Shown in pieces: positions 15,363 through 27,073 of a DNA stretch of 64,000 bases. The notes beneath the pieces were generated by a model that was given only the letters and a program-made list of their open reading frames with translations, was not told where the DNA came from and did not search any database. Both the position numbers and the translations under genes were made by a program. The DNA is from Fistulifera solaris (lineage: Eukaryota), in assembly GCA_030295235.1 (NCBI GenBank), contig AP026125.1, positions 434,001 to 498,000 on the forward strand, given 5' to 3'. Each line of letters begins with the position of its first letter. The stretch's first letter is position 1.

Positions 15363-16406
15363 TCATAATTCTAAATCTGACACATACGGATTCTCTTCCA
15401 CGTTCGCTGCTACGTCTGCGGCTGCAGAAGGTCGCGCTTTCTTCGGCTGCAGTCCTGGAAAATTCTCATTCTCTCGAAACGCAGCGTTCAATCTCGCCAC
15501 ACTCGAGCCAGCCACAATGCCATTATAGCCCGTCGAACAGTATTCTTCAGCAGCTTTGGTGCAACAATCTCGAAAACTCGGTCCAGTGCCCATGAGTTTC
15601 AGGGCATGCTTGTAGGCCATGGCCAGAAGCGTACACTTGTGACGCAAATGAAACACAAAATCAGGGGTACAAAGTCCATCCTTATCGTGATTCTCCACAA
15701 TATCAATCCAGTTCTTCTCTCCGCGATTCACGTGCGCCAAGTCGGCGATGCGGCGAATCAAGCATTCCCTAACGGTTTCATTTTCTCGGGGTTTGAATAG
15801 TTTCTTATATTCGCTCGAGTCCCATGGTGACTGCATCAGTAAGAGTTCCGAGCGTTTCGGGGGAAGGTTCTCCTCGACTACTGGCACAACGGTCTTGCGC
15901 TTCCGACCTCGCTTGGGAAGAGGTTTTTTCGCTGTTGCGATAAAGGTTGGAGCTTCCTTAGGAGGGCTTTCCGCCGCTTTCGCTCGTTTGGGTGAAAGCA
16001 AGACCAGCTGCCCATCCACGAGAGTACAGCCCTGTTTCGGTCGTTCGACTTTCGTTCCAGGCTCTGTGACGTAGTAGTAATGTTTGTTGGCCCTGTCACG
16101 ATAGATTAACACACCATTGTGGTCACCGTCGAAATTGTGCTTCGTATCTTTGTGCATCGTACTAATGCTGCGCACAAAGTTCTCTAAATTATATCGATCC
16201 GCATCCTTTTGTGCTTGCTGCCCGTCAGGATATTCATCCTTTTCCACGGCCTCGTAGCACGTTTGGACCGGAAGCCACCGATTTTGCAATTCGCTATTTT
16301 GCTTAGCAATGTGGAGAAATCGCAGTGCTATCCAGGCACATGTTTTGTGCTTCACCGTTTTGTAATTGTATTTGTGAATTACTTTATACCACTCAATATT
16401 CGTCAT
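15363..16406 (-). CDS. Intronless 347-aa protein of unknown function, probably nuclear
   Basis: Uninterrupted ORF with a basic PKRGRKRK (NLS/AT-hook-like) stretch between two apparently globular regions. Confidence 0.7.
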   Translation of the reverse strand: MTNIEWYKVIHKYNYKTVKHKTCAWIALRFLHIAKQNSELQNRWLPVQTCYEAVEKDEYPDGQQAQKDADRYNLENFVRSISTMHKDTKHNFDGDHNGVLIYRDRANKHYYYVTEPGTKVERPKQGCTLVDGQLVLLSPKRAKAAESPPKEAPTFIATAKKPLPKRGRKRKTVVPVVEENLPPKRSELLLMQSPWDSSEYKKLFKPRENETVRECLIRRIADLAHVNRGEKNWIDIVENHDKDGLCTPDFVFHLRHKCTLLAMAYKHALKLMGTGPSFRDCCTKAAEEYCSTGYNGIVAGSSVARLNAAFRENENFPGLQPKKARPSAAADVAANVEENPYVSDLEL

Positions 16407-16778
16407 TGGAGATTATACGTTGATGAGAATGATGATTGAATGATTAATGCGCTCGTACTTGTACAGTACCTCGTACACCTTGTCTCGATGGTGTGCGTTG
16501 CCGTAAAACGCGTGCTTTTCCGCCACGATGAGGGAAAGCATTGCTGACGTGATTAAGACGTTTCAAACAATTGTTTCAACGGCAAACTTGTCCGACCAAG
16601 ACTAAAAATGCGATTTGAAAATATAGAGTATAGATGATACTGTAGGTTTTAACGGCTCGTTTCCGTTCTTTCTCGTGCTTCATTATTGTTGATTGTTGCG
16701 TAGACATTCATTGCTATCTTGCACATACCAGCTACCTGGTAGCGTGTTCCTAAGTTCAAAGAATTTCGGTAGCATATC

Positions 16779-17489
16779 ATGACAACGAATAGAACGTGCC
16801 GCTGTACAAGGTCGTGGCTGTTAATGGTAGTCGCGTGCGTCGCTTTAAGACATGTCGAAGCCTTCTCATATTCAAGCCCATTCCAGACGAATCATCGGTT
16901 CTCGTCAGCTCCTCGCTCGACAAAAACAGCAATTCATTTGTTTTCTGTACCGAAAGCTACTCTAATCTCAACGGTGGGTCATGTGATGGGTGGAGTGACG
17001 GGAACACCCACGGTCGTACAAGGCACACAAAAGGGTGGGTGGTATCGACGCATCGGTCTACCCACTTGGACGCCCCCGATCGAGTTTTTGCTCCGGTCTG
17101 GACTCTTCTTTACTCAATGATGGGCGTAGCATTCTCTCGAGTTGGTCGCGCTGCCGGATTTGGCTCCCCCGTTGCTTTATTGTGGCTATTTCATTATGCA
17201 TTGAATCTATCGTGGGCACCCGTGTTTTTCGGTAGGCAGCGACTTCGGCTGGCTTTGTGGATTAACTGGGGTTTGCTCGCAACTCTAAGTGTCATTATCC
17301 CTTGGTTCTGGAAAATCGATTGCTTAGCCGGCGCGTTGCTGATCCCTTACGCGGCATGGCTCCTGTTTGCCACCGCATTGAATGCGAAGATTTGTCGGCT
17401 GAACCCCACAGTCAATGGGTACAATGAAGCCAAGTTTCAGGCAGGTTTATTAAATCTACAAAAAGGCAGCCGCTTACGCCGACTCATAG
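16779..17489 (+). CDS. tspO: TspO/MBR family protein, predicted plastid-targeted
   Basis: Leader ...VEA|FSY; WYRRIGLPTWTPP, 1-nt shift at the C-run near 17075, then DRVFAPVWTLLY, LNLSWAPVFFG, LLIPYAAWLLFATALN. Likely true end KAAAYADS* after a second shift near 17460. Confidence 0.88.
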
Positions 17490-18004
17490 AAGGACTAAGC
17501 GGTCTCATGGCTGCATGTGCTCGCAAACGGATTTAACATTGCGGTTAATAATTCAAAAACCTTTCGGGTGCAGATCCATTTGTAGTAACGCTAAGATTGC
17601 TAAAAATATCCAGCAGGGAAATCAACTACTTAAGTGAAACTGCTCGGGGAAAATGTTTTGTAGAGATTTGGATTTCGAAGTGCGTCATGGCAAAAGTGAA
17701 CGTCGCGTGTGCACTTAGTAGGCAATCGTGACTCCTCATGAATCCATACCAGTCACGACAAAAAGTAAGATACATTTGGTACGATAGTGGTACAAAGACA
17801 ATCAACATTGAAGTAGTCTTGCTTCTGTTGAATGTCCCGCAAAAGACAAAAGATCGTTTTGGCGAAAGGCGAAAGAAGTCGCACTTCGATTGAAATCCAC
17901 CACACACACCACAAACGGGCACAAAAAACAAAACAATAAGCCGATGATTTACACGTCGCATTCTTCTTCTGCTTCTCTGTCACTGTCATAGGTAGCTATA
18001 AATC

Positions 18005-19736
18005 ATGGACGACACATCAAAACGCATCAAACTCTCCCCGGAAGCTGCAGACGAAGCCTTGCAACAGGCTGTCAAAGCCATTAACGACGGAGAGCACTTT
18101 TTCGACGTGACTATCATTTGTACTACGGATGATTATCAAGCGGCATATTGGATGGATCTTTTGTCTCAGAGCAGCAAGTCTATGGTTCTGGCTGTTTCAG
18201 AAGACTGGTCGTCGTCGGGTGGAGCAGGAAACGGTCTTGGAACGCTATACGCGTGGCAAAAAGCCTGTGCGCTGGCCAAGTCGAAATTTGATACGGATTT
18301 GGCGGCCGGCCTCCGCGATGGTAGTCTTTCGACGTCGCTCTACCATACAGCTGGTAAGGGGACTCGAATGGCTCCACTTCCAGCTTCGGAAAGCAACAAC
18401 AAGCCCGGTGTGGTAAGTATTCAGCACAGCGGTCTCCTCACGAATGTGTTTACCGACTCTCGTTCTAACTAACCATGGCACGTCGCTAGAAATTACCCTT
18501 CCCTTTGAAACTACCGGATGGTTCGGTACGACCCATTACTGTTTTGGAGTGCGTCTTGCGTCAAACGGGTATCTATGCTCGTAAGGGTCGTCTTTCGGTG
18601 TTCTGGGGCGACCAGGTGTTCCTCCCTACTGCACCCTTCCACGTCGAGCCGACACACCATGCTGATATTCTGTGCACGTTGCTCGGCGACACCGCCCCAC
18701 TGCCGAAGAGTGGAAAGCTCAAGGACTGGATAAGTACGGAGTCATCGCCGTGTTGGGACAGGAAAATGGAAAAGTGGAAGCGGCTCAGGTGGAAAAGGTT
18801 TCGCAAGAGACGGCAGTCCAGATGTTGAGTGGAATTCCCGGCTCGCTCAAACAAGTCGGTCCCAGTTTAGGATCATTCTCCGTGTCGGCTGCCATTCTCG
18901 AAGCATTGCAAGCTGAATTTGCGCCGGAGTTGAGTGCCAAAACCGGAAAGCTGGATACCGACCCGCATTTTTGGATGCCGTTGACATTGCCGCTGGACTC
19001 GTACATTCAGCTTATGGATCAAAAGGGAACATCTGCGGAAGAATCAACTCAGCACTATGAACGAATGAGCAAGATGAAAGCAGCGTTCTTGGAGAAGACA
19101 GCTAGTGATGGTCTAGGTCTATTTGGAGCGGTCGACGTTGGAAAAGGCGCTTGCTGGTGGGACTACGGTCAGTTGAAACTTTACAGCAAGAACGCTTCTT
19201 TGCTGCTGGCTCCCGAGTCGGACCCTTCCGCGAGTTTGTTGCGCCAATTTCTTGGATTGGGAGAGGACAAAGCGCTCGGGTCAATTTGTGCCAGTGGAAG
19301 TGAAGTGGATGATCAATCGTACATTATTGCTTCTAAACTCGGAGCGACGTCCAAGGTCACATCTTCACTCATCGCTGGGGTTGTCTGTCCGAACTTGGAG
19401 TGCGATGGTGCCATTGTAGTGAACTGCACCGCCAAATCGATCAAGGCAGGGAATGGGGCGATTCTTTACAACCTCATGAGTGAAGGTGACATTGTGGCTG
19501 ACGCAGGACACGTTGAGGTCGGACTTGCGGAAATCAAGGATGGGGACGTCAACTTTGACTCTGTATTGAAAAGTCGTCTCGATATTGACGGCGGAGACGC
19601 CTGGAAAATGAAGTTGGACATGAACGATTTGTCTTTTGAAGACGTGCACACGAAGAACAAAAATGCAGATATCACGATTATCGCTTCGAAACGCAAGGAA
19701 ATGGCCGATAAACTCGCTGCATCTTTAGGTCTCTGA
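18005..19736 (+). CDS. Putative sugar-phosphate nucleotidyltransferase-fold protein
   Basis: Intron 18413-18489, 1-nt shift at the C-run near 18696. HTAGKGTRMAPL (GxGTR..PL), NKPGVKLP, FWGDQ, WWDYG, then a small-residue-rich C-terminal region. Confidence 0.6.
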
Positions 19737-19833
19737 GTAGCAAACTACGATAGAACTAGTTTTTAGAAGGATTATTTGGAACGTCGCTCATGATTTACCA
19801 AAATGGTGGTTCACTTAGAGAAATGATGGAAAA

Positions 19834-20505
19834 TCACGTTGTAAGATCAAAAGCATTTCTTGCGTAAATCACCTCGTGAATCATCCAACAGTTCTGTCGA
19901 GGAGGCCTGCGCTCCTTTTGAAGCGTCCATAGAAAACGACGTTCGTCTCTTGGCTCCTTGGTAGGATCGTCGGTTGAAATAGCATCCATCAACACCGTCC
20001 GCATCGCCCCTCTCGTTGTCGTCCCAGCGATTTCGGGACCAACGGACACAATACTATAGTCCTGGCAATTCACCAGATATCCAAACACGGGATTGGTAGC
20101 ATATTCTCGAAAGCGCTCCAGTGACCCACCGAGCGCCGCCCGACAACGGTCCGAAGAAAAATGAAAGCAAACCTCGAGGCCGGCATCTTTGGAATCGAGA
20201 AGAACCGACATGCAGGAATGAACAACATCCAAGGCATCCAAGCTCGGGTCAGGCTGTGGTAAAAAGTCGCTGTATTCGAGACGCCGACTCTCGGGATTGG
20301 CGTTGGACGACTCGAACGCATGGATGGCGAAAAGAGAATCGGTGTGTTGAAACCTGAGAATGGGAGGTACAAAGGCTTCCGAGAGTGGTATCCAATTCTT
20401 GAGGAAAAATAATGGCATTGCTGCAAGCAGTTTCCATCTTCGAAAAACGTTGATCGGAATTGATACGCCTGAGACAATGCTCTCATGAAAACGCGGCGAG
20501 CTCAT
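19834..20505 (-). CDS. Predicted plastid protein of unknown function (small alpha/beta, DUF4864-like)
   Basis: Leader ...LSEA|FVPP; conserved-looking FSSDRCRAALGGSLERF and RRFLWTLQKE..CWMIHEV. Confidence 0.65.
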   Translation of the reverse strand: MSSPRFHESIVSGVSIPINVFRRWKLLAAMPLFFLKNWIPLSEAFVPPILRFQHTDSLFAIHAFESSNANPESRRLEYSDFLPQPDPSLDALDVVHSCMSVLLDSKDAGLEVCFHFSSDRCRAALGGSLERFREYATNPVFGYLVNCQDYSIVSVGPEIAGTTTRGAMRTVLMDAISTDDPTKEPRDERRFLWTLQKERRPPRQNCWMIHEVIYARNAFDLTT

Positions 20506-20839
20506 TGCCGAGAAGACGCGTCAGATAAATAAAAAAGGATGGGATTCGAACGGAGAGACGTCTGCTTGCTTGAAAGAAGATGAAACTGTATTGTTCCGAT
20601 CACGGATCGATCCTGAGACCATGAGACGTTCAACAATATGATAATCTCTCGCAAACATCACCTGAATCAGAATAGTTTTTCAGTTTTTTTCTCATTTTTC
20701 TCGATGTTTTTTCTTGAAGTAATATTTCTCATTGTCAACGCCCGTTAAGGTTAAGAGTTAGTAATTGCTGCTGACGTGTTGCAATGTTGCATGCAGATAC
20801 GTACCTGGTAGTATGTTTCCAAAACGATGATGTATGATG

Positions 20840-21049
20840 TCAGCATCCGGCACTCCACGGACGACGGAAGTACGGCATTTCGGATTTTGGAGGGAACGCG
20901 GTGTTTGAAAACTTGACGCTCCGTAGCCTTCGCACGAAGACTTCGTTGTAGAAAGTGTACAAGTACGGTACCGCAGTACGAGCCTGGCGGGCGGGGCGGG
21001 CTTGCAAGGTTTTGAAGCGCATGGCTATGGTGGTGCTCATAGCTCTCAT
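20840..21049 (-). CDS. Candidate small basic protein (66-69 aa)
   Basis: ATG at 21049/21040, coding-like C/G third positions, occupies otherwise unassigned space. MSTTIAMRFKTLQARPARQARTAVPYLYTFYNEVFVRRLRSVKFSNTAFPPKSEMPYFRRPWSAGC*. Confidence 0.45.
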   Translation of the reverse strand: MRAMSTTIAMRFKTLQARPARQARTAVPYLYTFYNEVFVRRLRSVKFSNTAFPPKSEMPYFRRPWSAGC

Positions 21050-21134
21050 TGAAAACAAAGGACTACCCGATTATTGTTGACTGTTGTGCGATTCTTGTTC
21101 TTTTCCTTTCATTATCGAGTAGCAGAGTATCAGA

Positions 21135-22126
21135 ATGACTCTGGAGATGGATAGTTGTCCAAACGACACACAAATAGCTGCAACGGAATGCCATGCGGTA
21201 TCTTCGTCGTCCTCGTCCTCGGAGGACGACGCACGCCACGAAGCCAAAGACCTTGGTATCTTTACATTGCTTTCCGCTGCCGCACACCTCGATCCGTCTA
21301 AATTGGAAGATTCGAACGTAGAAGAGCAGAAAGCGAGCATTAGCCAGCAATCCGCTCGTTGTGATGCATCTAGCAATGATGCGAAGGAACGACCAGACCC
21401 GAATGACAATCGCCATCACAAAAAAAAGAAAAGCAGAAATCAGTGAAGTTTTCGATTCCGATCAGGTCTTCAAAATAATGAAAATTCAGCCTTCACCAGA
21501 AGAAGTCGAAGCTGCGACGACCGATCGAACGAAGAACGCGTTACTCAACTGGTATTACCGGCTGAGAGAACTGCATCTTTTTAAGGCGAAGTATGGTCAT
21601 GCCGAAGTGCCGCAACAATTTCCTGAGAATCATGCATTGGGTATTGTAAGTCCTGTTCACACATGTGCTCGATTGCTGTGATGTTCTTCTCACTCACCCT
21701 TTCATTCCCGCTCTTATTATCAGTGGGTCAATAAGCAGCGCATGCAAAAGAAACTAAAGGAAAAAGGACAAAAGGTTTCATTGTCAGAACACCGGATCAA
21801 TTTATTGAACGACCTGGGCTTTCAGTGGGCAAAAGAGAAAGGAGACGTGTCATGGGATCATCATTACAATGAGTTGTTCGCGTTTTATTTGCAACACAAT
21901 CATTGCAACGTTCCCACCAAGTACACGGAGAATAAAGCGCTCGGTCGCTGGGTTAGTACACAGCGATCGCAGTTGAAAAAAGTGGAGAAGCGGTAGCTAT
22001 TCGTTGATGACCAAGGATCGCTATGAAAAATTGTGCAAACTGGGTTTCAATTTTGAAATGATTCCTCCTAGCAGTAAAAACAAGAATGGTGGCAGCGACA
22101 GTCAGAATGCGTCATTGAATTCGTGA
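21135..22126 (+). CDS. Helicase-associated (HA) domain protein with two HA repeats
   Basis: WYYRLREL..YGHAEVPQ..NHALGI|WVNKQR (intron 21646-21723)..LNDLGFQW, and second repeat SWDHHYNEL..HCNVPTKY..LGRWVSTQR..LCKLGF. Frameshifts at A-runs near 21425 and 21978. Confidence 0.85.
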
Positions 22127-22426
22127 TTCTCGATGAAACAGTTTATTTTGGTGGTCCGTGTTTGTTGCTCTAGTCGAGCAAATTCCTTTGAACATTAGAC
22201 TCCTAAACAACTAGTGACTCATTTTTTCTAGCACGACAAATACATCGTACCGGTTTTCGCGTGTCAGTCACGCGGAATTTCGATTGCAAAACGCGTTCCG
22301 CGAAGAAGGACAACAACAGGAAATATTTTGTTGACCAACTAGAAAGGCTGTAGCCCTGTAGCTTGCTCCTTCCGACATAAATAAGAAACATTCCTATTCG
22401 TATAAGCCGTTGCAAAGCCCGCAATC

Positions 22427-23210
22427 ATGACATTTCATGCGCCGGGGGCCTTTTGTCCTTCTTTCCTTCGAGCGCAATACCACGACCGACGTCGACTGCC
22501 TCCAACTACCATTATGATTCCTAGAAATGAACTGATAACACATATGAGCGCAGAGGATTCCGTGCTTGGTAAGGCTAAAAATATTCATCGTGACGACTCG
22601 CATTCATCGTCATTTTTCTCTGATTTTGGATCAATTTTATGAATACCCAGCCGTATCGTTCGAGGTGACCGAGAAAACAACGGAATTTGAGCCCATATTA
22701 AACGTACCCGCGCTGGGATCATTCCTTTTGATTTTTGCTATATTCTCGTTTCTGGTGCAACGAACTTCCGCCATTGAACAGGCGGCCGATGAACGAACCC
22801 GAGCAGTCGAACGTGTGCGGAAACTGAAATCGTTGGCGCTCCGTGGTGATGCTACGCCCGAAGAGGTCGACCAGGCCATTCAATCGTATCGCGATGCTTA
22901 CGACAAAGTTGAAACGCTCCGCTACGTGATTCCTGGTGTGGCGAGAATCACGCCGCCGCCGGCTGGTTCGTTGTCGCGCAAATCCATGGAAGAGAATGAA
23001 ATGGCGGCCCAACAATTTCTGGGAATCGAGCCGGAAGAATCGAATGTCGAGAAGACGGACAATGAAAACCAACAGACAGGTCTTTCTCCCATTCTTATAG
23101 CGATTCTGGCTGTCGTGGCGACGAGTCAAATCATGCTCTTGGGATTACTTTCGTCGGATCCCATGTCAGCAACCGACCTCTTAGATGCCGCTACTTTTGG
23201 TATTGAATGA
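22427..23210 (+). CDS. Membrane protein of unknown function with two hydrophobic segments
   Basis: Exon 22427-22568, intron 22569-22650, exon 22651-23210 in frame (SVL|AVSFEV). Confidence 0.65.
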
Positions 23211-23548
23211 AGAGAAGTGAGGGTTTTTTCTTTGCAGAACAGAGATCTTCATTGATTTTAACGGTTGCTGACAAGCTAATCTCACTATGCCACGAAGGAT
23301 GTCGGCGATGATGGCGATTTGATCCGACTTGGAGTCGACCCTAATCCACGACAAGGTGCCTTACGTCTAAATTTTCACCAGATCAATAATTTATTAACAG
23401 TAACATAATTCTTCATGTTAGACGCATTAACGCATTACCTTACTTCAACTCGAATATATTCATTCATCTCAAAAGTAATGATATGTATTAGATTATTGGA
23501 AACACTACTTCGACGCTCATGCTAAATGCTCAAATAGAGAGAAGTTAT

Positions 23549-24208
23549 TCAATTTCTAGTATCCGTGTCTCTCGTTGAGCTGGACTGCGCATTGTCATCC
23601 TCGCGTCGCAATTTTTGCGCCAATCGTGTTACTCGATCTTCATTGACCTCTTGCTCTTTCGCAGCTTCCTCGAACGAATGCGCGATATCGCTCGTTTGAA
23701 ACAATGTTTTCCCCAATTTCATCATAACCCGTAGAAAGCCACCCACAATGTAACTTGCCGTCAATACGGTAGCCATGATGGCCACCGTAATCCGCGTTTG
23801 CCAGTTGACCCCATTCGCTTCGGTGACCCGCAAAGGCTCCGGATCGACGGTCGATTCTAATTTCAAATAGACTTCCCGAAAGACGGCAGGAATAATGACA
23901 AAAAATCCTCGGTACCCGCGGTAAAGAATGAAGAGCGAGTACAGGGCACACGCCTGCGCGCGAAAGAGAACCTTGCGCCATCGGGAGGGTGCCTGGGCGG
24001 CTTTGGAATCGGTCATTTGCGCTCTCGGCTTGAGTGATAGTCCCGCTTGATCAATCGAATCGACAAATGATCTTCTTTGTGACGAATTTTCTCCATTGAC
24101 GGACAAGGACATGTCTCGGTACGCGTGCATTGCAGGACGAAACGGCGGTTGAAAGGATAGCGCGCCATGCAACAGCATGCACGTCATTAGAGTGTGAAAT
24201 CGAGTCAT
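23549..24208 (-). CDS. Predicted plastid membrane protein of unknown function
   Basis: MTRFHTLMTCMLLHGALS|FQPP bipartite leader; two hydrophobic segments. Confidence 0.7.
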   Translation of the reverse strand: MTRFHTLMTCMLLHGALSFQPPFRPAMHAYRDMSLSVNGENSSQRRSFVDSIDQAGLSLKPRAQMTDSKAAQAPSRWRKVLFRAQACALYSLFILYRGYRGFFVIIPAVFREVYLKLESTVDPEPLRVTEANGVNWQTRITVAIMATVLTASYIVGGFLRVMMKLGKTLFQTSDIAHSFEEAAKEQEVNEDRVTRLAQKLRREDDNAQSSSTRDTDTRN

Positions 24209-24579
24209 ATTTAGCTCTTCGTTGTGCACGTTAATAATAGAAAAGGGGAAAAAGCGGGCACTTTGAAGAACAAGATTGAAAAAGATCTGAAGAGACGACG
24301 AGAATGAGAACGCGAGAACGCGAAGGGCAAATTTTAAAGGCACAAGGGAAATAAACGCGGAATGCAAAAAAAGGGGGGAGAAAAAACGATGCAATGTCAT
24401 ACGTCACAGTTTGAAGTCCGGAGTACATTCAAATCAATAGTCTGGCTAGTGGTGTGACAAAGATACTGTTTAATAATTTTTACTTTTGGGTATACCTCGC
24501 GCCTGGAATACGTCTCTCAATCAAAGTGACGAGGTCTTAACAACGCTAATTTTTTCTTAGAAAATGCAAAAGAATAAAA

Positions 24580-25509
24580 ATGGACGCCAATGAAGTCATT
24601 AGTCGACATATATCAATGTCGAATAAAGGAATGATGCGCCCATTGCGCTTGATAATCCTTCTTTTACTTCAATATCGAGTCATTGGTGCATGGCGATGGA
24701 ATCCAGAGGACGAACATCCCTGCAATATTCATCGAACGATGACCTTCCGACAGGTTCTCGAAACCTTTGGTCCGTCGGGTATCCCCGCTTTGTTTCCGGA
24801 ACCGGTCATTCTCCGCGCCAGTGATGCGTTTCGCAATGAGCAATTTCGAAAACTGACGGAGCAAGAAGAAATTGTTCGTTGGTTTGGGGAAGACTTCAAT
24901 GTCACTTTGTCGAGTAGCAATTCTCTGTCCGAGAATCGAAGGATTGTTCCATTGAAACAATATATTGATGAAACTGTCACCGCAAAAGAAACACTCCCCG
25001 ATCAACTAGCGAATGAATCATGGTATTTATTTGGGGAAACCTATTCGGAAGAATGGTCGACGTTCCTGAAGCATTATGAAATCCCACCGTGTTATACCTG
25101 CTCCGATTGGCCAGTGGCACTCGCGTTCGGCATTGGAAATCGTGGTTCAGGCGTCCAATGGCACATGCATGGTAGGTATCTTTGGCTGACTTTTGAAGCG
25201 CATGTATTGTATCTTACTCAACTTGGACTAGGACCTGGTTTTTCGGAAGCCATTCACGGTAGAAAGCACTGGATTCTGTATCCGCCCAAGGAACGACCGG
25301 ATTATGAAAAAGATCAAAGTAGCCGGCAATGGATGGAAACAACGTACTGGGAAGTCGTGTCCAAGCCATTGGAATGCACGTTACATCCAGGCGACCTCAT
25401 CTACTTTCCGGATAAATGGCATCATGCAACAATCAATCTAGATACGTACACAGTATTCGTGTCGGCATTTACGACAGAGCACAATCTGGGCCTTAGTGAC
25501 GAGTTATAG
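24580..25509 (+). CDS. JMJD8: JmjC-domain protein, JMJD8-like, probably ER-luminal
   Basis: Signal peptide. After removing in-frame intron 25172-25231 reads GSGVQWHMHGPGFSEAIHGRKHWILYPP; later YFPDKWHHATIN. Ends SDEL. Confidence 0.8.
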   Translation: MDANEVISRHISMSNKGMMRPLRLIILLLLQYRVIGAWRWNPEDEHPCNIHRTMTFRQVLETFGPSGIPALFPEPVILRASDAFRNEQFRKLTEQEEIVRWFGEDFNVTLSSSNSLSENRRIVPLKQYIDETVTAKETLPDQLANESWYLFGETYSEEWSTFLKHYEIPPCYTCSDWPVALAFGIGNRGSGVQWHMHGRYLWLTFEAHVLYLTQLGLGPGFSEAIHGRKHWILYPPKERPDYEKDQSSRQWMETTYWEVVSKPLECTLHPGDLIYFPDKWHHATINLDTYTVFVSAFTTEHNLGLSDEL

Positions 25510-25803
25510 TGACTCTAGGCTCTAAGAATCTTTTCAAAAAATGCAGGAAATATGTAGATTTAATAATTAATAGGTTTGCTCACATTTGACTTGTGCAAAG
25601 CTTCAAGAGTGACAGTGTGTGTAAAACCAAGACAAGTAGTTTTCTTTCCTCGAAAGAAAAGAGTGGTCGACTGCGTCAAACGCTGGAGCGCCGAGTCAAT
25701 AAATGACAAACAATGCCCCATAAGAGAATATCCTTGAAGAAAGCATTCTCACTATCATGTCATCACGTGACTCAAAATCTAAAATGACATGATTGAGCCG
25801 CGT

Positions 25804-27073
25804 TTAAATCTCGTTGAAGCGCATGGGGTCAACCATCTCCGGCTGCTCACTCTCCAAAACCTTGATCTCTTCAAGAGGATCTAGCGCGAAGAGCGAGGTA
25901 AGAACGGCTTCATCATGACTTGTCATGGAAGCCGCACCGGTAGACTCGATGCGCTCCATCGTTGTAGAAACAGTGGCCGCGGGCATGGAAGGAACCTGGT
26001 TGCCGCCAAAGTCCAAGCAATTGTCAACCATCTGGGTTTGTTCATCCGGCATGTATGATGATTCTTGGTGCGAGAAAGGCGCATAAGGTTGCATTTCCGA
26101 CTCGACATCGAGAGGCTGGATCTTGTAGACCTCTCCCGAAGAGGTAGGGGCCGGGAAGGTGCTGTACGGAGCAGACGTCAAATGCTCCATCGGCTCAACT
26201 TTTGTTTCTTCATGAGTGGTTGGCCACCATACTCTTGCAGTACCCGGCCCACCAAAGCTTTTAAGCCTTCGAGTTCTAGCGAAGTGTGACCCAGCTGATC
26301 ACGCAAAATGCAGACTTCGTTTCTCAACTGCTCAACCTCCTGTTTGTCAGCGGCCTCGGTATGATTCGACTTGCGAATCTCGGAGAGAAGATCCGGACGA
26401 CCACGGCGGAAGTTATCATGATGAAAGCGCCAATACTTGGATTCTTCGCAGTTTTCCGCGTCCTTCAAGCGAATAGGATCGGAACGAATCTTGTGAAAGC
26501 CGTAAAAGTTGAGCTGGCGGACAAAGCTAAAAGAGTGTTAGAAGATTTCGAGAAATGACTAGCCACGAAAGTACCCAGGGGCTTTCTCACCTAGAAAAGT
26601 TATTATGCTTAAAGAACTTTGGGATGAAATCCGTTTGAAATCTTGTCGTGTCCTTCACAACAAAAGTCAATCCATCGTCTGCCCTGTTGAATCGAAAAAG
26701 GATCCAATGGTGAGTATAGATTCATATTCGACGCAATGAATAACAGCACAGAGGCAACACTTCCTGCACGGTCTAACTTAGAACTTTTATAACCTTCAAA
26801 TCCAAGACAAGACGCAACAGCCATAAAGGGGACCTCCATGCGAATTGCGTGATCACTTCAAAACACAATACAGTGAACGTACCAGGAAGCGACGCTTGGA
26901 TCGCAGCTGTTGACTAGCTCAAACGTTTTGCGCAGGAACACCGGGGCTGTGGGGTTTACTTCCTTCTTTGCTGGGCGATTCGTCCGCTTTTTGTTCTTTG
27001 CGCCATTGATTGGGTTGGGTTGTTGCAAAAGAAATGTCTCCATGGTTGATGTTTTGGGGTAGGAATCTGTCAT
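25804..27073 (-). CDS. HSF: Heat shock factor family transcription factor
   Basis: PVFLRKTF..SW|ADDGLTFVV..FFKHNNFS|SFVRQLNFYGFHK. Introns 26684-26882 and 26527-26590; coiled coil follows; 1-nt shift near 26200. Confidence 0.92.

Noticed and set aside
20530..20560. GTTCGAATCCC plus T-run on the minus strand (tRNA T-loop/B-box-like)
   Set aside because: No T-stem or cloverleaf can be formed.
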